Notes: generated from the letters alone by a model not told the origin. Counted from the first letter of the whole stretch, positions 17,536-28,806 are shown. The stretch: 62,351 bases of DNA, filler included, from 5 parts of 5 records of this genome joined end to end with filler, not necessarily neighbours in it; one strand, 5' to 3'. Translations and numbers: made by a program.

Positions 17536-19338
17536 TTACGGTTGGGCATCCCGTGTAGCAACAGCATCCTCAATTGTGAGCTGAACGCCCCTGCGTCCCT
17601 GCCAGTCATCGGCTTTCAGCCGCCCTGCGACATGCACCGGACCAGTGCCCCGATCCAGCAAAGCCTTGCCTAAAGGCGTGTCTGCGGCCCGAAAAGCGAT
17701 GGCTTTGAGCCTGGAACCGTCCTCGCCGGTCAATGTGCAACGCACATGGCCCTTACCCACGATATCGGCGAAAGATACCCGCATGGACGGCACAGCAAAG
17801 CGCGGCTCAGGATTACCGGAACCATAGGGACCGGCTTTTTCGAGCATCTCGTAAAGCTCGCGGTTGGCGCCGCGGGCGGCCAATGCGCCATCAAGCCGCA
17901 GGGCGCGTGATTCGGTAGCACCGGAGACCTCGTCGGCGATGCGGGCCGAGAGAAATGCCACAAAATCGTCGAGCTTATCCTCGCGAATGGTGAGACCCGC
18001 GGCCATGGCGTGACCACCGCCATTCACCAAATGGCCCGCTTCGAGCGCTGCAGTGACCGCGCGGCCCAGATCGACACCCTGAATGGAACGACCGGATCCC
18101 TTGCCCTCACCCTTCTTGTCAAAGGCAATGACGATTGAGGGGCGGTCATATTTCTCCTTCAGGCGCGCGGCGACAATGCCTATGACACCCGGATGCCAGT
18201 CCTTGCCGGACACGACAACAAGAGGCGGAGCTGTGTTCAATCTCTTGTTTTCCTGCAAGAGATCGAGCTTTTCCAGCGCGAGATTGAGCACATCCGCTTC
18301 TATTGCCTGACGCTCTTTATTGAGCACATCAAGCTCCAACGCGATGGCTTCCGCCTCCGATTTGTCCCCGGTGGTGAGAAGCCGCGCACCCAGATCAGAG
18401 CGCCCGACGCGACCGCCGGCATTGACGCGCGGTCCGAGTAGAAACCCCAGATGATAGGCACCCGGCTTGCCATCGAGACGGGAGACATCACCAAGGGCCG
18501 CCAGACCTATATTTCCCCGCCTCGCCATGATGCGAAGCCCCTGCGCCACGAAAGCGCGATTGAGCCCGACCAGGGGGACAACATCGCAAACTGTGCCAAG
18601 CGCGACGAGATCAAGCAAAGCGAGGAGATCTGGCTCCTTACGTTCCGCATACCAGCCGCCTTCACGCAACTGGCGGTTGATCGCCACAATGAAGAGGAAC
18701 GCCACCCCAACCGCTGCCAACGTGCCCAGACCGCTTTCATCATCAAGACGGTTCGGGTTGACCAGCGCGAAGGCTGGCGGCAATGCCGGTTCGGCCTGAT
18801 GATGGTCAATGACGACGACTTCAAGTCCGGCATCGGCGGCAACACCCAGAACACGATGGGCCATGGTGCCGCAATCGACCGTGATGATAAGCTTGTAACC
18901 TTCGTCCCGCAGCGTCATAAGCGCCGGAGCGTTGGGTCCATAGCCTTCGCGAATACGGTCGGGTATATAGATCCGCAGATCGCTGCCGACGCTGTGGAAG
19001 AACCTTTGCAGCACGGCGCTGGATGTTGCTCCGTCTACATCATAATCGCCGAATACAGCAATCTTCTCGCCTGCCATGATAGCGGCGGCCACACGCTTCG
19101 CAGCCTTGTCCATATCAACCAGCACAGAGGGGTCCGGCAAAAGTGTCTTGAGCGATGGCGCCAAATAGGCCGCGACGTCTTCAGGCGCAATGCCGCGACC
19201 GGCCAGCACACGGGCAATGATTTCGGGCAGGCCCTCGCGCTGGGCAATCGCCATGGCCAGCCGGTCGTCAGAGAGACGACTTGTCCATGAACGGCCTGTG
19301 AGCGAACGCTCGACGCCAAGGAAATGCTTGTGGTTCAA
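17536..19338 (-). CDS. recJ: ssDNA-specific exonuclease RecJ
   Basis: GDYDVDG, REGYG, TVDCG, IDHH, GPRVNAGGR, GSGRS, GGHAMAAG. Confidence 0.97.
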   Translation of the reverse strand: MNHKHFLGVERSLTGRSWTSRLSDDRLAMAIAQREGLPEIIARVLAGRGIAPEDVAAYLAPSLKTLLPDPSVLVDMDKAAKRVAAAIMAGEKIAVFGDYDVDGATSSAVLQRFFHSVGSDLRIYIPDRIREGYGPNAPALMTLRDEGYKLIITVDCGTMAHRVLGVAADAGLEVVVIDHHQAEPALPPAFALVNPNRLDDESGLGTLAAVGVAFLFIVAINRQLREGGWYAERKEPDLLALLDLVALGTVCDVVPLVGLNRAFVAQGLRIMARRGNIGLAALGDVSRLDGKPGAYHLGFLLGPRVNAGGRVGRSDLGARLLTTGDKSEAEAIALELDVLNKERQAIEADVLNLALEKLDLLQENKRLNTAPPLVVVSGKDWHPGVIGIVAARLKEKYDRPSIVIAFDKKGEGKGSGRSIQGVDLGRAVTAALEAGHLVNGGGHAMAAGLTIREDKLDDFVAFLSARIADEVSGATESRALRLDGALAARGANRELYEMLEKAGPYGSGNPEPRFAVPSMRVSFADIVGKGHVRCTLTGEDGSRLKAIAFRAADTPLGKALLDRGTGPVHVAGRLKADDWQGRRGVQLTIEDAVATRDAQP

Positions 19339-19487
19339 CGTTTCTTGCCCTTCTTAGTGACTTTATGAGCGTTTTCTGCAAGACCTGAAAGCTGGCAACC
19401 GATCCTAGCACCAATGCGGCATGCAGCGGAACCGGACCGCCATCCGCCAGAATCACCGGCGGCGAGCGCAAGCCACGCATCGCTGCC

Positions 19488-19973
19488 TTACAATTTCCGG
19501 TGCATTACCAAAGCATCAACCAGTCCGTGTCGGGGATGCCGGAATGCCTCTGGAAGCCTGCCCACAACGACAAAGCCAAATCGCTCCCACAGCGCGACAG
19601 CACGTTCATTGCTACTCACAACGAAATTAAACTGCATGGCAAGAAAGCCCTTGGTCCGGGCATGTTCCAGCGAATGTTCGCACATCGTCCTTGCCACACC
19701 ACGTCCTGTCGAACCGGCTTTGGTCATATAGCCACAATTGGCGACATGGGACCCGCCGCCATGCTGATTCCGGCGCATATAGTATGTGCCCAGAATGACG
19801 TCATCCTCGACTGCTACAAAAACCTCATGACCGTCGGAAAACCAATAGGCAAGTGCGTCCTCGCGCGAAAGATCAACATCCAGCGTGTAGGTTTCGCCCG
19901 CAAGAATGACCGCCGCCAGAATAGCCCAGATTTCCGCTTGATCGCGTTCACAAGCTTTCCTGACAATCAGCAT
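19488..19973 (-). CDS. GNAT N-acetyltransferase
   Basis: HVANCGY, GRGVAR acetyl-CoA loop, MQFNFVVSSNERAVALWERFGF. Confidence 0.9.
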   Translation of the reverse strand: MLIVRKACERDQAEIWAILAAVILAGETYTLDVDLSREDALAYWFSDGHEVFVAVEDDVILGTYYMRRNQHGGGSHVANCGYMTKAGSTGRGVARTMCEHSLEHARTKGFLAMQFNFVVSSNERAVALWERFGFVVVGRLPEAFRHPRHGLVDALVMHRKL

Positions 19974-19991
19974 ATTGCATTCTCTCAAAAC

Positions 19992-20040
19992 AAAAATGCG
20001 CCCGCACCGATTGAAAATCCATCATCGGCAACGGGCGCAT
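19992..20040 (-). terminator. Intrinsic terminator after glpX
   Basis: ATGCGCCCG...CGGGCGCAT stem with an A-run on the plus strand (U-tract on minus). Confidence 0.6.
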
Positions 20041-20061
20041 AGCAAACAAAGCGGCAAAAGC

Positions 20062-21033
<972 letters not shown>

Positions 21034-21071
21034 CGATCTTTCCTTCGTCGGACGTTTTGTCTTTATGGGGT

Positions 21072-22382
21072 TTAACGTGAGCCGCTCTCATCGATACGGA
21101 TCACGAGCGGTGTGCCCGCCACATCTTCGTGTTTAGCCAGTTCTTCGCGCGCGCTGCGCATCGAACCTTCTTCAGTCTCGTGCGTCATGAATACAACCGG
21201 CATACGCCCTGTCGCTGCATCCTTTTCCTCGCCACGTTGGACGATACGCTCAATAGAAACATTGGCCTGTGCCAATGCCTTCGTGATCTCGGCCATTGTG
21301 CCCGGTCGGTCGGCGGCGTTGAAACGCAAATAATAGCTCGACGTCACATGATCGGACTTCGCCTTTGCCGGCGCCTTCAGGCTGCTCGCGGGCACAATGA
21401 AAGGCGGCATGACGAGGCCACGGGCAATATCCACAATGTCGGACAGAACAGCAGAAGCTGTCGGCCCCTCGCCTGCACCACGACCTTCCAGCACCAGCGA
21501 GCCAACACGGTCGCCCTGAATGGCCACAGCATTGTAAACGCCCGACACAGCGGCAAGCGGTGTGCCCACAGGCACGAGTGTCGGATGGACGCGCTGCGAA
21601 ATACCGTCCTCGCCCAGAGTGGCGATGCCCAGCAATTTGATCTTGTAGCCAAATTCCTTGGCGAAATTGATGTCGGAGGCTGTGATACGTTCTATGCCTT
21701 CCACTTCGACATCATCGAAGGAGACTTCGCGGCCAAAGGCAAGGCTGGCAAGAATGGCAAGCTTATGCGCCGCATCAATGCCGCCCACGTCGAAAGACGG
21801 ATCGGCCTCGGCATAACCCAGCGCCTGCGCGTCGATCAACACATCGGTAAACTCGCGGCCTGTTTCTTCCATCTCGGTGAGAATGTAATTGCAGGTACCG
21901 TTGAGAATACCAGCGACAGAGGTGATCTCGTTGGCGGTCAAACCTTCACGCAAGGCCTTGATGATGGGGATGCCACCAGCCACAGCTGCTTCGTAATTTA
22001 GCGCAACGCCGCGCTGCTCGGCCACACGGGCCTGTGCCACGCCATGACGCGCCACGAGCGCCTTATTGGCGGTGACGACATGCTTACCATTGGAAAGCGC
22101 CTGATCGACCAGCTCGCGCGCAATGCCTTCGGCACCACCGATCAGCTCGACCACAACGTCAATGTCATCGGCAGACGCCAAGACACGGGCATCGTCTTCC
22201 CAACGAACACCGTTGAGATCAATGCCACGGTCCTTCGCCTTGTCGCGCGCACTGACAGCGACAAGCTGGAGCGCACGACCGGAAGCCGCCGCCAGAAAGT
22301 CTTTACGCTCGGCCAGAATTTTGACCACGCCGACACCGACATTGCCAAGTCCGGCAATGCCAATCCTCAAAGGTTTATTCAC
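21072..22382 (-). CDS. hom: Homoserine dehydrogenase with C-terminal ACT domain
   Basis: GLGNVG, VVTANK, EAAVAGGIP, NGTCNYIL, GYAEADP, DAAHK, DRPG. Confidence 0.97.
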   Translation of the reverse strand: MNKPLRIGIAGLGNVGVGVVKILAERKDFLAAASGRALQLVAVSARDKAKDRGIDLNGVRWEDDARVLASADDIDVVVELIGGAEGIARELVDQALSNGKHVVTANKALVARHGVAQARVAEQRGVALNYEAAVAGGIPIIKALREGLTANEITSVAGILNGTCNYILTEMEETGREFTDVLIDAQALGYAEADPSFDVGGIDAAHKLAILASLAFGREVSFDDVEVEGIERITASDINFAKEFGYKIKLLGIATLGEDGISQRVHPTLVPVGTPLAAVSGVYNAVAIQGDRVGSLVLEGRGAGEGPTASAVLSDIVDIARGLVMPPFIVPASSLKAPAKAKSDHVTSSYYLRFNAADRPGTMAEITKALAQANVSIERIVQRGEEKDAATGRMPVVFMTHETEEGSMRSAREELAKHEDVAGTPLVIRIDESGSR

Positions 22383-23644
22383 GTCCTGCCTGCTCTCGTC
22401 GTATTGGGATGGGCGACTATGTTGCTCTTGATGCCGACACGTTCTTCATACTCGGCAAGGATCTGATCGGCATTCGCCATCATGCGTTTGACGCCACGCG
22501 CGGCCTGACGGATGCGGTGTTCGTTTTCGACCAGACCGATACGGACATGACCATCGCCATATTCGCCAAAGCCGATACCCGGCGCGACGGCGACGTCGGC
22601 CTGTTCCATGAGCAAGGTTGAGAAACCGAGTGAACCGAGGTGACGGAATTTTTCAGGGATGGGCGACCATGCAAACATGGAGGCCGGCGGGCTGGGAATG
22701 TCCCAGCCGGAACGGGCCATGCTATCCACCAGCACATCGCGACGGTTCTTGTAGGTCTGGCGGATTTCTTCAACGCAATCCTGCGGGCCGTTAAGCGCGG
22801 CAGTGGCGGCCACCTGAATGGGCGTGAAGGCACCATAGTCGAGATAGGATTTCACACGGCCAAGCGCATTGATGAGGCGCTCATTGCCAACGGCAAAGCC
22901 CATGCGCCAACCCGGCATGGAATAGGTCTTGGACAGCGAGGTGAATTCGACCGCACGTTCTTTGGCGCCCGGCACCTGCAAGATCGAAGGCGGCGGGTTG
23001 CCGTCGAAATAGATTTCCGAATAGGCCAGATCCGAGATGACCCAGAGATCATGCTTGGCGGCAAAGGCGATGATCTCGCGATAGAAATCGAGATCGGCGA
23101 CCTGTGCTGTCGGATTGGAGGGATAGCTGACGACAAGCGCCACGGGCTTAGGCACCGAATGACGCACGCCACGTTCCAGCATGTCGAAAAACGCATCCGG
23201 GCTTTCAAACGGCACCGAACGGATGACCGCACCGGAAATGATGAAGCCGAACGCATGGATCGGATAGCTGGGATTGGGGCAGAGAATAACATCACCGGGA
23301 GCGGTGATTGCCTGCGCGAGATTGGCCAGACCTTCCTTGGAGCCGAGAGTCGCGATGACTTCGGTCTCGGGGTTCAGCGTCACACCAAAGCGGCGCTCAT
23401 AATAGGCAGCCTGTGCCTTGCGCAGGCCCGGAATGCCGCGCGAGGAAGAATAACGATGGGTTTTGGGATCGCGCACAGCCTCGATCATCTTTTCGACGAT
23501 ATGGGGCGGTGTCGGCATATCGGGATTGCCCATGCCGAAATCGATAATGTCGCGGCCTTCGGCTCGCGCCTTCGCCTTGAGCTTGTTGACGCTCTCGAAA
23601 ACGTAAGGAGGCAAACGCTTAATGCGGTGAAATTCTTCGCTCAT
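22379..23644 (-). CDS. alaC: PLP class I aminotransferase, AlaC/LL-DAP aminotransferase family
   Basis: RLPPYVF, GMGNPD, GSKEG, YPSNPT, DLAY, SLSKTYSMPGWR, KSYLDYG; GTGA overlap with hom. Confidence 0.88.
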   Translation of the reverse strand: MSEEFHRIKRLPPYVFESVNKLKAKARAEGRDIIDFGMGNPDMPTPPHIVEKMIEAVRDPKTHRYSSSRGIPGLRKAQAAYYERRFGVTLNPETEVIATLGSKEGLANLAQAITAPGDVILCPNPSYPIHAFGFIISGAVIRSVPFESPDAFFDMLERGVRHSVPKPVALVVSYPSNPTAQVADLDFYREIIAFAAKHDLWVISDLAYSEIYFDGNPPPSILQVPGAKERAVEFTSLSKTYSMPGWRMGFAVGNERLINALGRVKSYLDYGAFTPIQVAATAALNGPQDCVEEIRQTYKNRRDVLVDSMARSGWDIPSPPASMFAWSPIPEKFRHLGSLGFSTLLMEQADVAVAPGIGFGEYGDGHVRIGLVENEHRIRQAARGVKRMMANADQILAEYEERVGIKSNIVAHPNTTRAGRT

Positions 23645-23892
23645 GGCCAATTCCTGAAACGGAGCCGAATAATGGATGTGGGGGCCCCTGCAACGCCGCC
23701 CTTATAACGCCAAATCCGAGCCTGAGCCACGCCAAAAGGGCAGAAAGGCCAGCTAAAGCCGGAGATTTCGGAGCAAAGCACACTGCCCCGCCCCTGCAGG
23801 ATGAACCTCGGCGAGACTGAGGGCAAATTTGTGGCAGAGAGCCAGAATTTGCCGCTCAATCCGGATTTTGTCGGTTCATATGGCTGAAAAGA

Positions 23893-24798
23893 TCAAAGAC
23901 CTGCCGGATTGACCTCGACCGGTGTGGTGGGAGCGGCATTGACTGGTGCCTCTTCCGGCATTTCCGGTGCTTTGGCCGGTGCGGCGTCCTCTTCGTCAAA
24001 GCCTTCGCCGCGCTGTGCGGCAACAACTTCGGCGTAAGATTTGTGACCACCACGATCAGGCATCGGAATGAGGCCGGTCACAGGATCGATGCGCGGCTTG
24101 GGCGGCATGACAAGCGCCGGTCGCGAGGACTCGACGGCGGCCATCTGTGCCGGTGCCACATATTCAGGCGTGACAGGCTCTTCTTCCGTCGCTTCCACCA
24201 CAGGCGGCGGCGGTGCCTTAGCCACGACAGGAGCCGGAGCAGCGGCAACAGGCTGAGGTGCGGGCTGCGCCTCGGCAACGCGGGCCGCAGGTGCCGGTGT
24301 TGCTGGCTTCGCCGCTACAGGCGCGGGAGCGGCGGGCGGTGGCGCTTCTGCAACCATGCGGGCGGGCGGTACCATGTCGTCTAACGCTGCAGGCGGTGCC
24401 GCAGTTTCGGCGCGGGCTTCAAGTTCAGGCGAATAACCCTTGTTCGACGATTGCGGCTCGACACCCTTACGGAGCGCCTCGTCACCACTGCGCGACTCGG
24501 CGCGGTCTTCTGCCAGACTATCGGCAATCGACTTCTGCTGACGGGCACTGGTGCTGTCAGGTGCTTTTTCCGGCGTATCGGCAAGCTGCGGGAAGCCCTT
24601 GTCTTCCACAGGAGCCGAGGTGCCACCTTCACCATAAATCGCATCCGGCTTCATCGTATCCGGTACGGCGGAGCATGCCGCGAGAGCAGACAGCATCAAG
24701 GCGACCATCGCAGTCTGGGCCACGGGCCCTGCCGACAGGCGTGCACGCCCCTGCGGAAGGCTGCAAATTCGCGCGATGTTTGATCGCTCTTCGGACAT
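23893..24798 (-). CDS. Pro/Ala-rich putative lipoprotein
   Basis: LSALAA|C lipobox, long PAPA-type low-complexity linker; start uncertain. Confidence 0.65.
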   Translation of the reverse strand: MSEERSNIARICSLPQGRARLSAGPVAQTAMVALMLSALAACSAVPDTMKPDAIYGEGGTSAPVEDKGFPQLADTPEKAPDSTSARQQKSIADSLAEDRAESRSGDEALRKGVEPQSSNKGYSPELEARAETAAPPAALDDMVPPARMVAEAPPPAAPAPVAAKPATPAPAARVAEAQPAPQPVAAAPAPVVAKAPPPPVVEATEEEPVTPEYVAPAQMAAVESSRPALVMPPKPRIDPVTGLIPMPDRGGHKSYAEVVAAQRGEGFDEEDAAPAKAPEMPEEAPVNAAPTTPVEVNPAGL

Positions 24799-25023
24799 AC
24801 GGTCCCACTCCCTCAAATTCTTACGCGTGTGACAATGGCTTAACGCCCCATTCGGACGAATGGACACGCAAACCACATCAACCCACAAAACCACCGGCTA
24901 GCAAAAGATTTTATCGCATTTTCGTGAGCCGGAGAGCCATAGCGTATAGTATAGAGGAAGAAGACAAAATCGATAGTCGCCCCCGAAGCTTTGTGGAAGC
25001 GGCCGAGAAAACAGGGAAACGTC

Positions 25024-27111
25024 GTGTCGAAGCCGAACGAAATCTCGCCCGAAACCGAAATCCCCCCCTCTACGCCGCCCGCAGCGGCGCTGCCCGAGGC
25101 CGAAACGGTGTCCGCGGCGCCCAAGCTGAAATCTGTGGATAGTGCTGCGCCGAAAGCCGCGCCAACCCGCAAAAAGGCACCGGCAAGGCGCAAAGCGGCA
25201 TCCAAAAGTGATTCTACCAAAGCCACGAAGCCCAAAACCCAAGCCAAAACAAAGGCCGGAAGCAAACCAAATCCGGCACAAGCCCAAGCGGGCGCCTCAA
25301 CAACGCCAGACAGCGATGCATTGCTGCCGAACTATCCGGTGCCCGATATTGGTGCCTTTGCTGTCAATATCATTCAGGCGGCAACGCTAGGCCAAAAAGC
25401 GGCTAAGCAGCTATTGCAAGGCGAAGACCGCGAAACACTGAGCGAGATCAGCGACGACGCAAAGCGCATCGGCAAGGCGATCCTCGATGTGGCTTCAAAC
25501 TATATCAAGAACCCGCTGAAAATTGCGGAAGCTCAAGCCAAGCTCTGGAACGGCTATATTGATCTGGTGCAGGCCACCACGCGCCGCCTGATGGGCCAGG
25601 AGTCCGAACCGATCGTGCGCCCTGCCCGCACCGACAAGCGCTTCAAAGACCCTGACTGGCAGAACAAAGTCGTCTTCGACGTGCTGAAGCAATCCTACCT
25701 GTTGATGACGCAATGGCTGGACCAGCAGGTGCAGAACACGGATGGCGTTGATCCGCATACACGCAAGAAGGCCGAATTCTACGTCAAGCAATTCACAGAC
25801 GCCTTCTCGCCGTCAAACTTCCTGCTGACCAATCCCGAGGTGCTGCGCACCACGCTGAAAAGCAATGGCGAAAACCTCGTCTTCGGCATGCAGCATTTAC
25901 TGGAAGATGTGGAACGCGGTCACGGCAAGATCCAGATACAACAGACCGATATGAAAGCCTTCGAGCTGGGTCGCAATATTGCGCTGACACCAGGCAAGGT
26001 CGTTTTCCAAAACGACCTGATCCAGCTGCTGCAATATGAACCGACCACCGAGAAGGTGCATAAGCGCCCGCTGCTGATCTTTCCGCCCTGGATCAACAAA
26101 TATTACATTCTCGATCTGACACCGGAAAAATCCTTCGTCAAATGGGCGGTTGCTGAAGGCTATAGTGTGTTCGTGGTGAGCTGGGTGAACCCCGATGCGC
26201 GCCAGTCCATGAAATCCTTTGAAAGCTATGTCTTTGAAGGCGCCTATGCCGCTCTCGACGCCGTGGAAAAAGCCACCGGCGAAAAAGAGGTCAATGCCAT
26301 CGGCTATTGCATCGGCGGCACCATGCTGTCCTGCGCGCTGGCCCATATGGCCGCCAAGGGCGATGACCGTATCAAATCGGCGACCTTCTTTGCCACGCAG
26401 GTGGACTTTACCGAAGCGGGCGATCTCAAGGTCTTTATCGACGAGGAACAGATCGACCACCTGGAAGAGCAGATGGAAGCGCATGGCGGATTGCTGGAAG
26501 GCTCCAGCATGGCCTCCACATTCAACATGCTGCGCTCCAATGACCTGATCTGGTCCTATGTGGTCAATAACTATCTGCTTGGCCGTGAGCCAGTGCCTTT
26601 CGACCTGCTGTACTGGAATGCCGACGCCACGCGCATGCCCGCCAAGATGCATCTCTTCTATCTGCGCGAGTGCTATCTGCGGAACCATCTGGCCGAAGGC
26701 GTGATGGTACTCGGCGGCGAACGCCTTGATCTGAGCAAGATCAAAATTCCGATCTTTCTGCAATCAAGCCGCGAAGATCACATCGCACCCTATAATTCCG
26801 TGTACAAAGCAACGCGCCTGTTTGGCGGCGATGTGAAATTTATGGTGGCAGGCTCGGGCCATATTGCAGGCGTCATCAACCCGCCCGCGGCCAAGAAATA
26901 CCAGTTCTGGACCAATGATGAGCGTCCGCAACACGCCAAGGAATGGCTGGAAGATGCAACCGAGCATCCCGGCTCGTGGTGGCACTATTGGGAAGAATGG
27001 CTGGCCCCCAAATCCGGCGACATGGTGAAAGCCCGTGTGCCCGGCGACGGCAAGCTCAAGGTGCTGGAAGACGCACCGGGCTCATACGTCATGGTAAAGT
27101 CGGACGAGTAA
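25024..27111 (+). CDS. phaC: Class I poly(3-hydroxyalkanoate) synthase with long N-terminal extension
   Basis: DKRF..PDW, SPSNF..TNP, PPWINKYYILDL, GYCIGG lipase box, EDHIAP, SGHIAG, APGSYV. GTG 25024 preferred over TTG 24991. Confidence 0.96.
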   Translation: MSKPNEISPETEIPPSTPPAAALPEAETVSAAPKLKSVDSAAPKAAPTRKKAPARRKAASKSDSTKATKPKTQAKTKAGSKPNPAQAQAGASTTPDSDALLPNYPVPDIGAFAVNIIQAATLGQKAAKQLLQGEDRETLSEISDDAKRIGKAILDVASNYIKNPLKIAEAQAKLWNGYIDLVQATTRRLMGQESEPIVRPARTDKRFKDPDWQNKVVFDVLKQSYLLMTQWLDQQVQNTDGVDPHTRKKAEFYVKQFTDAFSPSNFLLTNPEVLRTTLKSNGENLVFGMQHLLEDVERGHGKIQIQQTDMKAFELGRNIALTPGKVVFQNDLIQLLQYEPTTEKVHKRPLLIFPPWINKYYILDLTPEKSFVKWAVAEGYSVFVVSWVNPDARQSMKSFESYVFEGAYAALDAVEKATGEKEVNAIGYCIGGTMLSCALAHMAAKGDDRIKSATFFATQVDFTEAGDLKVFIDEEQIDHLEEQMEAHGGLLEGSSMASTFNMLRSNDLIWSYVVNNYLLGREPVPFDLLYWNADATRMPAKMHLFYLRECYLRNHLAEGVMVLGGERLDLSKIKIPIFLQSSREDHIAPYNSVYKATRLFGGDVKFMVAGSGHIAGVINPPAAKKYQFWTNDERPQHAKEWLEDATEHPGSWWHYWEEWLAPKSGDMVKARVPGDGKLKVLEDAPGSYVMVKSDE

Positions 27112-27392
27112 ACAAAGCCGGTCGCCTGACTTCATTCTCTAGTTAGCACCAAAAATCTCTTCAAATCCGTTGAGATAGACATGCGTGAATCAAACCGCGC
27201 GTGACGATGCCTGCTGAACTGTCGCAATTCAGCACACAAGAGGAGCTGGAAAATTCATAGCTTGGCCATGTCACCGACACAATCTGAACACACCGCCAAC
27301 AGAGCATCCGCAAACGAACAAATGACGATGGTATAACGTATGCAGATCATTAATGCCCTGCATTGAACAAGAATTTTATACAGGAGGTCACA

Positions 27393-27545
27393 ATGCGCCT
27401 GTTACTGATCATACTTCTGGTTCTTCTCTTTGCCGGTGCCTTGCCACATTGGCCCTATAGCGCGAACTGGGGCTATGGCCCGAGCGGTGGCCTTGGCACC
27501 GTACTCATTATTCTGATCGTACTAGCGGTGCTGGGAATCATATGA
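27393..27545 (+). CDS. DUF3309-family small membrane protein
   Basis: AGGAGG RBS; ALPHWPYSANWGYGPSGGLG signature between two TM helices. Confidence 0.85.
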   Translation: MRLLLIILLVLLFAGALPHWPYSANWGYGPSGGLGTVLIILIVLAVLGII

Positions 27546-27586
27546 CGCCCGCACGTCTCTCGTATGAACCCGAGAAGGAGAAAAAC

Positions 27587-27796
27587 ATGCTTCGTAAAAC
27601 AATCATCAGTGCGGCCCTTGTTGTCCCGCTTTTCGGCGCCCTCGCCGCATGTGACGACAAGCCCAAAGGCCCAGCCGAAACAATGGGCGAAAAGCTTGAT
27701 GAAGCCGGTCAGTCTATGAAAGACGCGATTGACCCGCCCGGCCCCGCTGAAAAAGCAGGCCGCGAAATCGATGACGCGCTGACACCCGACAAGTAA
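27587..27796 (+). CDS. Small lipoprotein with two GPAE repeats
   Basis: AAGGAG RBS; ALAA|C lipobox; GPAETMGEKLDEA / GPAEKAGREIDDA. Confidence 0.8.
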   Translation: MLRKTIISAALVVPLFGALAACDDKPKGPAETMGEKLDEAGQSMKDAIDPPGPAEKAGREIDDALTPDK

Positions 27797-27813
27797 GCGC
27801 TGTCATACAAAAC

Positions 27814-27853
27814 AAGAGTGCCCGCCTCATCCGAGGTGGGCTCTTTTCATTTT
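27814..27853 (+). terminator. Intrinsic terminator
   Basis: GCCCGCCTC-ATCC-GAGGTGGGC followed by TCTTTTCATTTT. Confidence 0.75.
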
Positions 27854-27963
27854 CCCGACCGTCCTCATGTCGGCGCAAGCCGTGTCTCATAAATAGCGAC
27901 TGACATAGAGACACGAACCCGCGTAGCCTTTGGCGCAATCAACCGCCTGCCTAGAGGTCTGTC

Positions 27964-28806
27964 CTGTCCCTTTCCATCACATTACTTATTCTGCTGGCTG
28001 CACTGCTGCATGCGGTGTGGAATGCGCTGCTCAAATCCAATGCCGACCGGCTGTCCATGATGGCCTTTGTGGCAGGCAGCGGCAGCCTGATGATGGCACC
28101 GCTGACGCTGTTTGTACCTTTTCCCAGCTATGAGGTGTGGCAGATCATCCTGCTCTCGCTGGCACTACACACGGGCTACAAGGTCTTTCTGGTCAAAGCC
28201 TATAGCCATGGTGATATGGGACAGGTCTATCCCCTCGCCCGTGGGCTTGCACCGGCTATCGTCACGATAGTCGGCTTTATATTTCTGGGCGAACAATTGC
28301 CGCTAACGGCCACACTTGGCATAGCGGTGGTTTTGCTTGGCATTATTTCATTGGCCTGGCGACGCAGCAATGGCAAGGACGGGCCGCAGAGTCGTCGCGG
28401 GGTTCTATATGCCATCGGCACATCTTGCTTCATCGCGGCCTATACACTGAATGACGGTCTGGGCGGGCGCGCGGCAGAAAGCGCCAGCGCCTATGTGATT
28501 TGGCTTTTCGCGCTGGATGGCGTTTCCATTGTGGCCATCGCCCTATGGCGACGCGGACCGGCACTGCTGAAACCGCAACGCGCATGGGCCATTGGCGCTG
28601 CAGGTGGCGCCATGTCAACCGCCGCCTATTGGCTGGTGATCTGGGCCATGAGCATCACCCCGCTGGGACCGGTTGCAGCCTTGCGCGAGACAAGTGTGGT
28701 CTTCGGCGCGCTGATTTCAGGACTCGTGCTGAAAGAAGGACTGGGCTGGCGCGCGGTGGCGGCAGCCTGTGTGGTGGCTGCCGGCGTTGTGCTGATGAAG
28801 ATGTGA
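27964..28806 (+). CDS. EamA/DMT-family transporter (apparent CTG start)
   Basis: LAALLHAVWNALLK, AY..GD..QVYPLARG..P, IAAYT..DG.G.R, ALRETSV; frame extends upstream of the track's start to a CTG behind GAGGT. Confidence 0.9.
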   Translation: MSLSITLLILLAALLHAVWNALLKSNADRLSMMAFVAGSGSLMMAPLTLFVPFPSYEVWQIILLSLALHTGYKVFLVKAYSHGDMGQVYPLARGLAPAIVTIVGFIFLGEQLPLTATLGIAVVLLGIISLAWRRSNGKDGPQSRRGVLYAIGTSCFIAAYTLNDGLGGRAAESASAYVIWLFALDGVSIVAIALWRRGPALLKPQRAWAIGAAGGAMSTAAYWLVIWAMSITPLGPVAALRETSVVFGALISGLVLKEGLGWRAVAAACVVAAGVVLMKM

